64,000 bases of DNA from Fibrobacterales bacterium (GTDB lineage: Bacteria; Fibrobacterota; Fibrobacteria; Fibrobacterales; JAOPTW01), in NCBI GenBank assembly GCA_051532035.1, contig JAOPTW010000018.1:5770-69769 (forward strand), written 5' to 3'. Position 1 is the stretch's first letter, and each line of letters opens with the position of its first letter. Below the pieces are notes generated by a model. That model was not told the DNA's origin. It saw only the letters and a list, made by a program, of their open reading frames with translations, and did no database searches. The translations under genes and the position numbers were made by a program. Shown in pieces: positions 49,228 through 58,266 of this stretch.

Positions 49228-51234
49228 CTATTTTTTGATTGAAATGGTGTGGGAACCGTATCTAACTAAGTAGTGCCCAGAAGGGATAGGGAGTTGATTG
49301 ATGTAAATCAGTGTCTTAGGTCTTGATAGCTCTATGGAGTAGCGTGTCGCACCGTTGAGGGTTAAGAAAGAGAGGGTCGTTGTCTCATTACCTTTTACCA
49401 CAGTAAGTCCTAAGGGGCCCATTGAAAGTGTCGGTAATTGATATTCAGTTAAGGGAGAGATTATATCTTCTGAGTAATCGTCTTCTTCAGTATCGTCTTC
49501 AATTACTTGTTTTTCAGCAATAACATTGTCTACTTCATATTCAGGTTCTCTGTCGTTCTGAGCCGAGAAGACCTGTTTAGCTCTTGGTTTTTCAAGGGTA
49601 TTGTTCCCTTCGTCGGGGGAAGGGTCAGCATGAGGCAACTGATCGGGATTTGCTGCCCCAATAAATACATTCTGGAACTGAGCTGCTTTGGCAATTAATT
49701 CCGGGCCATTGGTCGACGCATTTACAGATAGTGAGACATTGTCAATAAATACCGTACCTGCAGTGTGTCCCATATCAAAAAAGAGTCTGCTATTGGAGTG
49801 GGAAACTGGAGTTGCAAGGTCAATAGAGTATTCTTTCCACTCAGGAGTGAGCGTTACCTTTTTTGAAAAGTTGTCCCATGGTGCTTCGTTGAGGCCAAGG
49901 CCAACAAGTATTGGTTCAATTGTGGATGCTTTAGCACGAAAGGTGACGGTAAAAGCTTTCGCTGAATCTAAATCAAGAGTGTAATTTAAGTTTGCATCAT
50001 GAACGGCACTGGCTTCTTTCGTCGTAATATAAAATTCACCATCAATCACTTTGCCTTTGTACTTGTTGTCAGATTTCCAGTGGGTTAAGCCATCACAGAA
50101 AGACGAGTTCTCTAATAAGTTTGCGGTATTCACAATGTCACACTCTTCTGGAGCGCTGCCATTCACATAGATTATCCATGTTGCTGAGTCAGTGCGTAAT
50201 CCAAGGGTGTCGAGTTGTACAAATGAGGTGGTATCGGTAACACGTACTTTAATAACATGCGAACCAGCGGTAAGGTTCGTAGTGATAGTAGGGCCTGTCA
50301 TACTTGGAATAGAGTCGTTGTTGTAAAACCATTCATATTTCATCGATTTCCCACCAGTAAGCTCCATTGCTTTAACACCTAAGGTAAGGGGGTCATCCGA
50401 ACCAATTTCAAGCAATTCTGTATTGCTCACTAAAAGGGTGTCAATAGGAGATACATGGTCATAAAATGTGAGGATGTACTGTTCGGCACATACTTTACAG
50501 AGTGGAACACCGTTAGAGCGCATTTGACAGTTGCTCATTGGTCTAAACCACCCTTTCTTTTTAAACATTGCCCCTTCAAACAGTCCAACTGAATCTATGT
50601 GGCTTTCAGCGTTATTGGTTGGGAGTGGAGTGATGTCATCAATCCAGTGAGCCCATTTAACGGTTTCTCTGCTGCGATTTTGAGTAATGTTGGGCATCTC
50701 GAGAGGTTTCTGACCCGTAGTTTCATAATCATATTCATCACCAAGACCTACAAATGAGTGACCAATTTCATGGGCGACTATTTCAGGATGCTTCGAAGAG
50801 GCTACTGCTATTTGACCGCCAGAGCCACCATAGGCGTTTGTGTTTATAATAACTACAGGAATGTCGGCTTCAGGTATGAGCTCTTCAATATGTCGGATAA
50901 CCGTTCGATTATCAGCAACCATTAATCGTTCAACATCGGGCCATTGTTTGGAACCAAAGTAACCACCAAGTCCCTGTTCTTCAGATTCTACCCATACTCC
51001 ATACACATTAAAAAAGTTCTCATAAAAGGAGAGTGGTTCATATTGAAATATTGCATCAATAAAACGATCCATATCTTTTTTAAAAAGAGCTTTCTCACCT
51101 TCTGTATAGCCCTCTGCAAAAAATACCAAATTGATTCTACGCTCTTTGTTACCCTGAATAGAGTGTTCAATGAGTTCGAGTGCAAAAAGAGTGTTGCAGA
51201 GGAGAAGAGTAATGAGGAGTGTGATCATTTTCAT
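49228..51234 (-). CDS. Secreted M64 family (IgA peptidase-like) metallopeptidase with Ig-like, CBM4/9 and T9SS-like C-terminal domains
   Basis: 'INLVFFAEGYT', 'YGGSGG', 'HEIGHSFVGLGDEY', 'GLFEGA', 'RPMSNCQMR...CKVC'; 'NLLENSSF' CBM4/9. Confidence 0.88.
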   Translation of the reverse strand: MKMITLLITLLLCNTLFALELIEHSIQGNKERRINLVFFAEGYTEGEKALFKKDMDRFIDAIFQYEPLSFYENFFNVYGVWVESEEQGLGGYFGSKQWPDVERLMVADNRTVIRHIEELIPEADIPVVIINTNAYGGSGGQIAVASSKHPEIVAHEIGHSFVGLGDEYDYETTGQKPLEMPNITQNRSRETVKWAHWIDDITPLPTNNAESHIDSVGLFEGAMFKKKGWFRPMSNCQMRSNGVPLCKVCAEQYILTFYDHVSPIDTLLVSNTELLEIGSDDPLTLGVKAMELTGGKSMKYEWFYNNDSIPSMTGPTITTNLTAGSHVIKVRVTDTTSFVQLDTLGLRTDSATWIIYVNGSAPEECDIVNTANLLENSSFCDGLTHWKSDNKYKGKVIDGEFYITTKEASAVHDANLNYTLDLDSAKAFTVTFRAKASTIEPILVGLGLNEAPWDNFSKKVTLTPEWKEYSIDLATPVSHSNSRLFFDMGHTAGTVFIDNVSLSVNASTNGPELIAKAAQFQNVFIGAANPDQLPHADPSPDEGNNTLEKPRAKQVFSAQNDREPEYEVDNVIAEKQVIEDDTEEDDYSEDIISPLTEYQLPTLSMGPLGLTVVKGNETTTLSFLTLNGATRYSIELSRPKTLIYINQLPIPSGHYLVRYGSHTISIKK

Positions 51235-51752
51235 TGAGAAGCCTCTAATGTAAATGAACCCAACTCTTTTTCAGTAGAGGCTTGTGTAGAACGTTTCGCG
51301 AGACCCGTTCCTGTTGGGGCGCTCGCTTCTTCAACCTGAGAAAAGGTAATACGTGAAGGCGCGCTTTCGACATCAATACGAATACTATACGTAGTTGTTT
51401 CTGCAGAATGTGATTCGGTTGAGTGCTCTGTATCGGGCGTTGCGTGGTCATGTGCAGGAGCAGGAAGATATATAACATCAAGGAGTCTGCCTTCTTCATC
51501 AAAGACTCGATAGAAAAAGTTTGAAATTTTTGATGACTGATACGCTCTATTAGATTTCAGTGCGTGCGCTTTTCTTCTGCTTTTCTTAAAAGACCCAGAT
51601 ACCATCTTTTGTTCAAGAATAGTAACAGTGTTATCTTTTTTCTCAATGGTTAACCACAGTTGTTGTTTTAACTGTGCAAAACTAGCAGTAGCTAGAGTTA
51701 AAAAGAGTATGATGAGTGTGTGTCCCATGTATTTCAGCAATTTCTTTTTCAT
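51231..51752 (-). CDS. Secreted hypothetical protein translationally coupled to the M64 peptidase
   Basis: Signal peptide (...ASFA); ATGA overlap with the M64 start. Confidence 0.7.
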   Translation of the reverse strand: MKKKLLKYMGHTLIILFLTLATASFAQLKQQLWLTIEKKDNTVTILEQKMVSGSFKKSRRKAHALKSNRAYQSSKISNFFYRVFDEEGRLLDVIYLPAPAHDHATPDTEHSTESHSAETTTYSIRIDVESAPSRITFSQVEEASAPTGTGLAKRSTQASTEKELGSFTLEASQ

Positions 51753-52111
51753 TTATGTTGTGATCAAAATATAGAATAACCTCTTTTTCTGGAAACAAAG
51801 TAAACGCTATTTTACAAATTAGCAAAGTATTTTTTAGGTGGCTTTGCGTAATTATGACACTTTAAAAGCATTGAATTAGGCCAAAAAACCAGGTTTTATC
51901 TCTTTATGATGCCTTTGTACACTAACTGTCAATTATGCTTTTTTTACATAATTTGCCCTTGAATTTACTGAAGGTGTTTGTGCTGTAAATTATTGTGTCC
52001 TATGTATTGGGTAAGCGTTGAGTTGTCGTTACTCATTAACGATTGTAAAAGGCTATTAAAAGGGTATAATGAATGGATCGCTATCACTATGGTGTGAAAT
52101 AGGCGTAAAAA

Positions 52112-52948
52112 ATGATATGTAGTATGTGCCGGTGGAATCTATTGTATAAATGGTGTTGTTGCCTTCTTGTGCTTTTCTCATCTCCTCTTGTTGCTTCAGG
52201 AGGCTATCGATTGGCGGTACTTGATTTTGTTGAAATCAATAATGAATCAGTGCTCCAGCGGAAGGAGATCTCTAACTTCTTCGAAGTGGAGCTCAAAAAA
52301 AAACAGGTGTACACTCTATTTGAACGGGGGGTAATCTGGGATCTATTAAATAAGCCAAAGAACCGACACTTATTAAGGTGTAGGACTACGCAGTGTCAGA
52401 TATCTGTTGGTAAGGTTTTGGGAGTCGAGAAGGTAATAATTGGGTCACTTTATAGTTACACAGATTTTTCAACGCTTCAAATAGAAATTATTGAAGTTGA
52501 AACAGGGTATACTGAAAAAGGATTCTCATTTGATTTCTCAATTCATCAACCGAATGCTTTAATGTCTGCAATTAAAAAAGGGGTGACCCTAGTGGCTCAG
52601 TACTCAATTGCAACTACTCCACTAGAATTGCAGCACTCTTTTTCGGGGAGGTTCAATGATTCTAGGGTGAAGCCTCTTATTATTAATCGTTTTGGCGAAA
52701 AAAAGAAGAGTCTTGCTTTAACGGTAAGTCTGTACCTTTTGGGGGCGGCTGCATTTGGCGTAGGTACTTATTATGATGCGGAAGTAAATCGCGCATTCTC
52801 AAAATACTCTTCTATCGTGAGTGATGATCAGGAGGTGTACGATGCCCAATGGGGTATTGTTAAAGATAATACGTTAAAGCGCAATGTCGCGTATTCGGTG
52901 AGTGGTATCTTTCTGTTTGCAGGATTGAGTTATACCCTCTTTTTTTAA
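52112..52948 (+). CDS. Secreted or membrane protein with CsgG/TolB_N-like alpha/beta domain and C-terminal hydrophobic helices
   Basis: 'RLAVLDF', 'FER..I..LL', 'C..T.C.ISVGKVLGVEKVIIGSL', 'IIEVETG'; C-terminal glycine-rich helices ending in F. Confidence 0.65.
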   Translation: MICSMCRWNLLYKWCCCLLVLFSSPLVASGGYRLAVLDFVEINNESVLQRKEISNFFEVELKKKQVYTLFERGVIWDLLNKPKNRHLLRCRTTQCQISVGKVLGVEKVIIGSLYSYTDFSTLQIEIIEVETGYTEKGFSFDFSIHQPNALMSAIKKGVTLVAQYSIATTPLELQHSFSGRFNDSRVKPLIINRFGEKKKSLALTVSLYLLGAAAFGVGTYYDAEVNRAFSKYSSIVSDDQEVYDAQWGIVKDNTLKRNVAYSVSGIFLFAGLSYTLFF

Positions 52949-53031
52949 TCAACAGCAGCCAGTAGTGAGTGGCTTATGTATTGATTCTTGATTTCTACTA
53001 TATTTGTAATACTGAACAATAAGGGTAACTG

Positions 53032-54012
53032 ATGGATCAAAGAGTAATTGAATTGATTTTAAATGCAACAGGAGCAACTGAGGCATCTTTTAGCGAAGAA
53101 ATTCAAGCGCTATGGAGTGGATACGGCTCTATTATACGGTACTCGTTAGTGGGTACAGAGTATGATTCAGTAGTGGTAAAGCATGTTCGACTCCCCAGAA
53201 AGGTGAATCATCCTCGTGGTTGGGCTACAGATATTTCACATATGCGAAAATTGCACTCGTATGAAGTCGAGACCCAGTGGTACCGGTCTCAAAGTAATGT
53301 ACATAACTCTTTCAGTAAAGTGCCCCGCTGCATTGCACTAAAAAGTGTTGATGATGATGTTATAATGATTCTGGAAGATTTAGATGCAAGTGGATATTCT
53401 GTTCGTAAATCTTCAGCAGAGTGGTCAGATGTAGAGCTTTGTCTTGATTGGTTGGCGGGTTTTCATGCCTCACATTTAGGAGAATCGACTGATGGGTTGT
53501 GGGAGGTCGGATCGTATTGGCATTTAGATACTCGTCCAGATGAGCTGAGTGTACTTTCCGATACTGAGCCATTGAAACAGTGTGCACACAGTATAGATGC
53601 CACGCTCACGGGGGCTCGTTATAAAACACTTATTCATGGAGATGCCAAAATTGCAAATTTTTGTTTTTCTAAAGATGGTTCGGGTGTGGCGGCAGTCGAC
53701 TTTCAATATATCGGGGGTGGTTGTGGAATGAAGGATGTGGCCTATTTTGTAGGGAGCTGTCTCGATGAGGGTGAATGTGAGAAACGAGAGTCGACGATAT
53801 TAGATTATTATTTTGATCGACTTAAAGAGTACATTGGTCAGTTGAAGTCGGAGATTGAGTTCTCTGCTCTTGAATCTGAGTGGCGTTCACTGTATCCTTT
53901 TGCTTGGGCAGATTTTCATCGGTTTCTTAAGGGCTGGAGCCCGGGGCACTGGAAAATTAATAGTTACTCCGAACGTATTGCACAGAATGTTGTCGCGACA
54001 CTTAAAAAATGA
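53032..54012 (+). CDS. Small-molecule kinase (ecdysteroid/choline kinase-like, APH superfamily)
   Basis: 'LWSGYGSI', 'LEDL', 'WLAGFHA', 'HGDAKIANF', 'VDFQY', 'DVAYF'. Confidence 0.85.
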   Translation: MDQRVIELILNATGATEASFSEEIQALWSGYGSIIRYSLVGTEYDSVVVKHVRLPRKVNHPRGWATDISHMRKLHSYEVETQWYRSQSNVHNSFSKVPRCIALKSVDDDVIMILEDLDASGYSVRKSSAEWSDVELCLDWLAGFHASHLGESTDGLWEVGSYWHLDTRPDELSVLSDTEPLKQCAHSIDATLTGARYKTLIHGDAKIANFCFSKDGSGVAAVDFQYIGGGCGMKDVAYFVGSCLDEGECEKRESTILDYYFDRLKEYIGQLKSEIEFSALESEWRSLYPFAWADFHRFLKGWSPGHWKINSYSERIAQNVVATLKK

Positions 54013-54020
54013 GTTGAGAA

Positions 54021-54908
54021 ATGCAATTAACCAGCGAACAATTAGAAGAATTAAAAAGTGAAGCCGTTACTGCTGCAAAAGCTGCAGGAGCTGTAATAGA
54101 AAAGCGAGTGAATGAGCAGTTTGACGTTCGTTCCAAAAGTGGTGGTGACACAGCGGCCTCACAGATAGTTACGGAAGTTGATTATGAATGTCAAAAAATT
54201 ATTCTGGATCACTTGGCTTACTCATTATCGCGCTATGATCTGGGGCTCCTTGCAGAAGAGTCATCAGATGATAGGAGTCGTTTGGTAAAGGACTATTTCT
54301 GGTGTGTTGATCCTCTTGATGGAACGCTGCCTTTTACCGAAAATATACCAGGGTATGCCGTCTCTATAGCCCTTGTTTCCAAGGAGGGTATGTCAGTTAT
54401 AGGAGTGGTCTATGATTCAGCTCGATCTCTTCTCTATACAGCTATAGTGGGAAAAGGGGCTTTTAGAAATGGTGAGCCATTTGTTGTTGGGGGCTCTCTG
54501 TGCGAAGGCGAAAAGAATCAGGCGTTTTCCTTTATCAGTGATAGAAGTTTTGCTAAACACCCGAGGTACTCTGGTATAAAAGAGCAACTCATGCGGTATA
54601 GTCAAAACGTGGAGGGGGCGGCGTGGTCTGTTATTGATACGTATGGTGCTGTAGTGAATGGGTGTTTGGTTATGGAGCATTCCCCAGCTTGTTATATTAA
54701 GCTTCCCAAAGAGGCTGAGGGGGGAGGGAGTATTTGGGACTTTGCAGCAACCGCATGTATTATCCAAGAGGCAGGTGGTATTGTCACGGATATTAAGGGT
54801 GTAGCACTTCCTTTGAATGACCCACTCTCAACATTTATGAATCGATTTGGAGTTGTTTTTGCTTCATCATCTGCCGTTGCAAATGCGGTTTTACGCATTG
54901 TGGCTTAG
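54021..54908 (+). CDS. Inositol monophosphatase / CysQ-like phosphatase
   Basis: 'VTEVD', 'LAEE', 'WCVDPLDGTLPF', 'IWDFAA', 'EAGG'. Confidence 0.88.
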   Translation: MQLTSEQLEELKSEAVTAAKAAGAVIEKRVNEQFDVRSKSGGDTAASQIVTEVDYECQKIILDHLAYSLSRYDLGLLAEESSDDRSRLVKDYFWCVDPLDGTLPFTENIPGYAVSIALVSKEGMSVIGVVYDSARSLLYTAIVGKGAFRNGEPFVVGGSLCEGEKNQAFSFISDRSFAKHPRYSGIKEQLMRYSQNVEGAAWSVIDTYGAVVNGCLVMEHSPACYIKLPKEAEGGGSIWDFAATACIIQEAGGIVTDIKGVALPLNDPLSTFMNRFGVVFASSSAVANAVLRIVA

Positions 54909-55564
54909 ACTCTTGGGGGGACTTCATTGTTTTGGTTAGTTTCTTCAAAGAGTTTTCGAGAAAGTACCGCAAGGCTTGAGTAGAGCTCCGTGTGCTCAGA
55001 TATGACATCATCAGGCACATAGAGCTTGGTTGGGGTGAAATTCCAAATTGCTTTTATACCACTCACAATCATTGTGTTCGCCACCTGTTGTGCGGCATCA
55101 GCTGAACATGTAAGAATTCCTATTTTGACATGCATCCTTAAGGAGAGGTCGGTGAATTTATCTATTGATAATATTTTCACCCCCTTGATGGTAGTACCAA
55201 TAATATCGGGATTAGAGTCAAATGCAGCAACAATTTTTACCCCGGTTTTATCAAAGCCGTGATATCCGAGCAATGCGGAGCCTAAGTTGCCTGCGCCTAC
55301 TAAGAATGCATCTGTTTGGTTGTTCCAACCAAGAAATTGTTCAATGGTCGCTATTGCGTCTGCTGTAGCATGACCAACTTTGGGTTTTCCTACCAGTCCT
55401 GCTATCTGAAGATCTTTTCTGACTTGAGTCGGATGGATGCTAAAGTAGTGAGCAATTTGATCTGACGTTACATAGATCTCACCATTTTTAATGAGTTCAC
55501 TAATGTAATGAAAATATTTAGGGAGTCTTCGGATGGTGTTGTAGGGTATTGCCTTGCTGTTCAT
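54905..55564 (-). CDS. rex: Redox-sensing transcriptional repressor Rex
   Basis: 'TIRRLPKY', 'QVRKDL', 'GKPKVGH', Rossmann motif 'LVGAGNLGSAL', 'AIWNFTP'. Confidence 0.95.
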   Translation of the reverse strand: MNSKAIPYNTIRRLPKYFHYISELIKNGEIYVTSDQIAHYFSIHPTQVRKDLQIAGLVGKPKVGHATADAIATIEQFLGWNNQTDAFLVGAGNLGSALLGYHGFDKTGVKIVAAFDSNPDIIGTTIKGVKILSIDKFTDLSLRMHVKIGILTCSADAAQQVANTMIVSGIKAIWNFTPTKLYVPDDVISEHTELYSSLAVLSRKLFEETNQNNEVPPRV

Positions 55565-55631
55565 TTTGATTCCTTTGTCATAGGTAAATGTAGTACTTCT
55601 TTTTAAAAATGCGCATATAGGCCATATTTAA

Positions 55632-55769
55632 TCGATACAAAAGTAACGAATAGTTTTGCTGTTACAAACTAACGTTACTAAAATAACGCATAAACGCCAT
55701 TCTGGGTTGGATTGCTGGCCACTGAAAGTTAATTTTATCGATAAATAAATATCGATAAAAAAATATCGA
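55632..55769. promoter_or_regulatory. Four 18-bp palindromes (consensus TCGWTA-N6-TAWCGA), putative Rex operators
   Basis: TCGATACAAAAGTAACGA (55632), ACGTTACTAAAATAACGC (55672), TCGATAAATAAATATCGA (55738), TCGATAAAAAAATATCGA (55752) in the rex/hydC divergent gap. Confidence 0.65.
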
Positions 55770-55832
55770 ATAAGAACCCTAGTGATGATTACTCTGATAC
55801 AATGAGTAATGAATGAGAGAAGGAATTGAATT

Positions 55833-56342
55833 ATGGTCGAAACAACATGCAGTTGTCAAGAAGAGAAAAAAGAGAAATTAGAAGAAATTCTCAACACATA
55901 CAGCTATGATAAGAGAAAACTGATACCAATTCTACAAGCAGTACAACGAGAGTATCGGTGGCTTCCCAAAGAAATTTTAAAAGAAATTGCTATAAAAATT
56001 AAAACATCTCCTTCAAATGTGTTTGGTGTGGCCTCTTTTTATGGGCATTTTGCGTTAAAGCCAAAAGGTGAGACTGTTGTACGAGTATGTAATGGGACTG
56101 CTTGTAATGTAAAAGGCTCTCAGGATATTATCGATGCTTTATATAAAAAACTAGAGCTTACCGCGGAAGAGAATACAACACCTGATATGAAGTTAACCGT
56201 AGAGGCAGTTGCCTGTATAGGGGCATGTGGCTTGGCTCCAGTATTGATGATTAACGATGATGTTCATGGGCAGATGAATCCAGAAGATAGTGTTGCACTG
56301 GTTCAGTCAGTGTTAAAAAATGAGGGGAAAGAGAATGGATAA
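55833..56342 (+). CDS. hydC: Bifurcating [FeFe]-hydrogenase NuoE-like 2Fe-2S subunit
   Basis: 'LIPILQAVQ', 'GVASFY', 'VCNGTACNVKG', 'VACIGACGLAP'. Confidence 0.88.
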   Translation: MVETTCSCQEEKKEKLEEILNTYSYDKRKLIPILQAVQREYRWLPKEILKEIAIKIKTSPSNVFGVASFYGHFALKPKGETVVRVCNGTACNVKGSQDIIDALYKKLELTAEENTTPDMKLTVEAVACIGACGLAPVLMINDDVHGQMNPEDSVALVQSVLKNEGKENG

Positions 56343-58266
56343 CGTGTTAAAAACAGCAGAACAGAACCTAAGAAAGAACATAGATCTCGAATGGTATGAA
56401 GATCAATACAATACGTATAATAAAAATATTAAAAAGAGAGTGATGATCTGTGCAGGTACTGGGTGTATTGCGAGTGGCGCACTCAAGGTCTACGCAGAAA
56501 TTCAAAAGCAATGTGCAGAGCTGAATATACCAGTAGTGGTAGAAATGAAAGAAGAGCCACAACAAGATTCGTTATTGTTGTCAGAAAGTGGCTGTCAAGG
56601 ATTTTGCCAAATGGGGCCCTTGGTTACCATAAGCCCTGATGATATTCTCTATACAAAAGTGGCAGTTAAAGATGTAACAGAACTTGTAGAAAAGACATTG
56701 ATGAATGGAGAAGTAATAGAGCGTCTCCTGTATACTGATGCCGATGGAACCTGCTGTAAAGGGCAAAACGATGTTCCCTTTTACAGTCAACAAACCCGCA
56801 CAATATTAAAGGGGTGCGGTGGTGTAGACCCAGCGAGTATAGAAGAGTATATCTCGCAAGGGGGGTATTTTGCCGCTCGGAAAGCTATCAGTGTTATGGC
56901 TGATCTTGAAATTTGTAAAACAATGATCGCGTCAGGGCTTCGTGGCCGAGGTGGTGGTGGTTTTAAAACAGGCACAAAATGGGATCTTACTCGTATACAG
57001 AGTAGTGAAGTGAAGTATGTTATCTGTAATGGTGATGAGGGAGATCCTGGTGCATTTATGGACCGAAGTATCATGGAAGGTAATCCCCATGCGGTCATAG
57101 AAGGTATGATGATTACCGCAAAAGCAATTGGGGCCAGTGAAGGATATATTTATGTTCGTGCTGAATACCCACTCGCGGTTACTCGTCTTGAACGTGCTAT
57201 TGAAGATGCGGAAGCACTCGGAGTATTGGGGTGTGATCTCTTTGGTACTAATTTCGATTTTACTGTTAAAGTAATGGAAGGTGCGGGTGCATTTGTATGC
57301 GGTGAAGAGACGGCCCTTATTGCCTCTATTGAAGGTAAAAGAGGAATGCCTAAGCCAAAACCACCCTTTCCAGCGGAAAAAGGTCTTTTTGGAAAACCAA
57401 CAGTTATAAATAATGTAGAAACGCTCGCATCGGTGCCATTGATTCTTAATGGAGGGGTTGAGGCCTACAGGTCAGTCGGAACAGAAGGTTCGCCTGGCAC
57501 AAAGACGTTTGCACTCACTGGGCATGTGGTAAATACAGGCCTCATAGAAGTTCCGTTTGGGGTTACTCTCCGGAAAATAATATTTGATATTGGCGGTGGC
57601 GTTACGGGTTCTGATGGCTTAAAAGACAATAGTAAATTTAAGGCGGTACAAATTGGGGGGCCTTCAGGGGCATGTTTAACTGAGAAGGATCTCGATTTAC
57701 CTCTTGACTTTGACTCTCTTATAGGAATAGGGGCGATGGTTGGTTCAGGTGGTCTTGTTGTTATGAACACTGATACCTGCATGGTGAAAATCGCAAAATT
57801 CTTTATGGAGTTTACCCAGACAGAGTCGTGTGGTAAGTGTGTGCTCTGTCGAGAAGGCACCAAGCAGATGCTTTCAATCCTGACAGACATTACTGAAGGC
57901 ACTGCCAAAATGGAAGATCTCCCAGTCTTAAAAGAATTGGCTGGTGCAGTTAAAAAAGGGTCACTCTGTGGATTGGGTAAAACAGCCCCTAATCCTGTGT
58001 TATCAACATTGGAAACATTTTATGATGAAATTGTGAGTCATATCGTTGATGGCAAATGTGTGGCAGAAAAATGTGCAGCTCTCGCTGATCCAGAAATATT
58101 AGCGGATAAATGTATTGGGTGTAGAGTGTGTAAAAAGAAGTGCCCTGTGGATGCGATTTCTGGCGAGAAAAAAGAAGTGCATATGATAGATGCAGAAAAA
58201 TGTATAAAATGTGCGGCGTGTGCTGCAGCGTGTAAATTTGAAGCAATTGTAGGAGTGGGAGCATGA
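56335..58266 (+). CDS. hydB: Bifurcating [FeFe]-hydrogenase NuoF-like FMN/NADH subunit
   Basis: 'CAGTGC', 'SGLRGRGGGGF', 'CNGDEGDPGAFMD', 'GAGAFVCGEETAL', 'ESCGKCVLCREG', C-terminal 2x[4Fe-4S]; start probably ATG 56335. Confidence 0.9.
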   Translation: MDNVLKTAEQNLRKNIDLEWYEDQYNTYNKNIKKRVMICAGTGCIASGALKVYAEIQKQCAELNIPVVVEMKEEPQQDSLLLSESGCQGFCQMGPLVTISPDDILYTKVAVKDVTELVEKTLMNGEVIERLLYTDADGTCCKGQNDVPFYSQQTRTILKGCGGVDPASIEEYISQGGYFAARKAISVMADLEICKTMIASGLRGRGGGGFKTGTKWDLTRIQSSEVKYVICNGDEGDPGAFMDRSIMEGNPHAVIEGMMITAKAIGASEGYIYVRAEYPLAVTRLERAIEDAEALGVLGCDLFGTNFDFTVKVMEGAGAFVCGEETALIASIEGKRGMPKPKPPFPAEKGLFGKPTVINNVETLASVPLILNGGVEAYRSVGTEGSPGTKTFALTGHVVNTGLIEVPFGVTLRKIIFDIGGGVTGSDGLKDNSKFKAVQIGGPSGACLTEKDLDLPLDFDSLIGIGAMVGSGGLVVMNTDTCMVKIAKFFMEFTQTESCGKCVLCREGTKQMLSILTDITEGTAKMEDLPVLKELAGAVKKGSLCGLGKTAPNPVLSTLETFYDEIVSHIVDGKCVAEKCAALADPEILADKCIGCRVCKKKCPVDAISGEKKEVHMIDAEKCIKCAACAAACKFEAIVGVGA

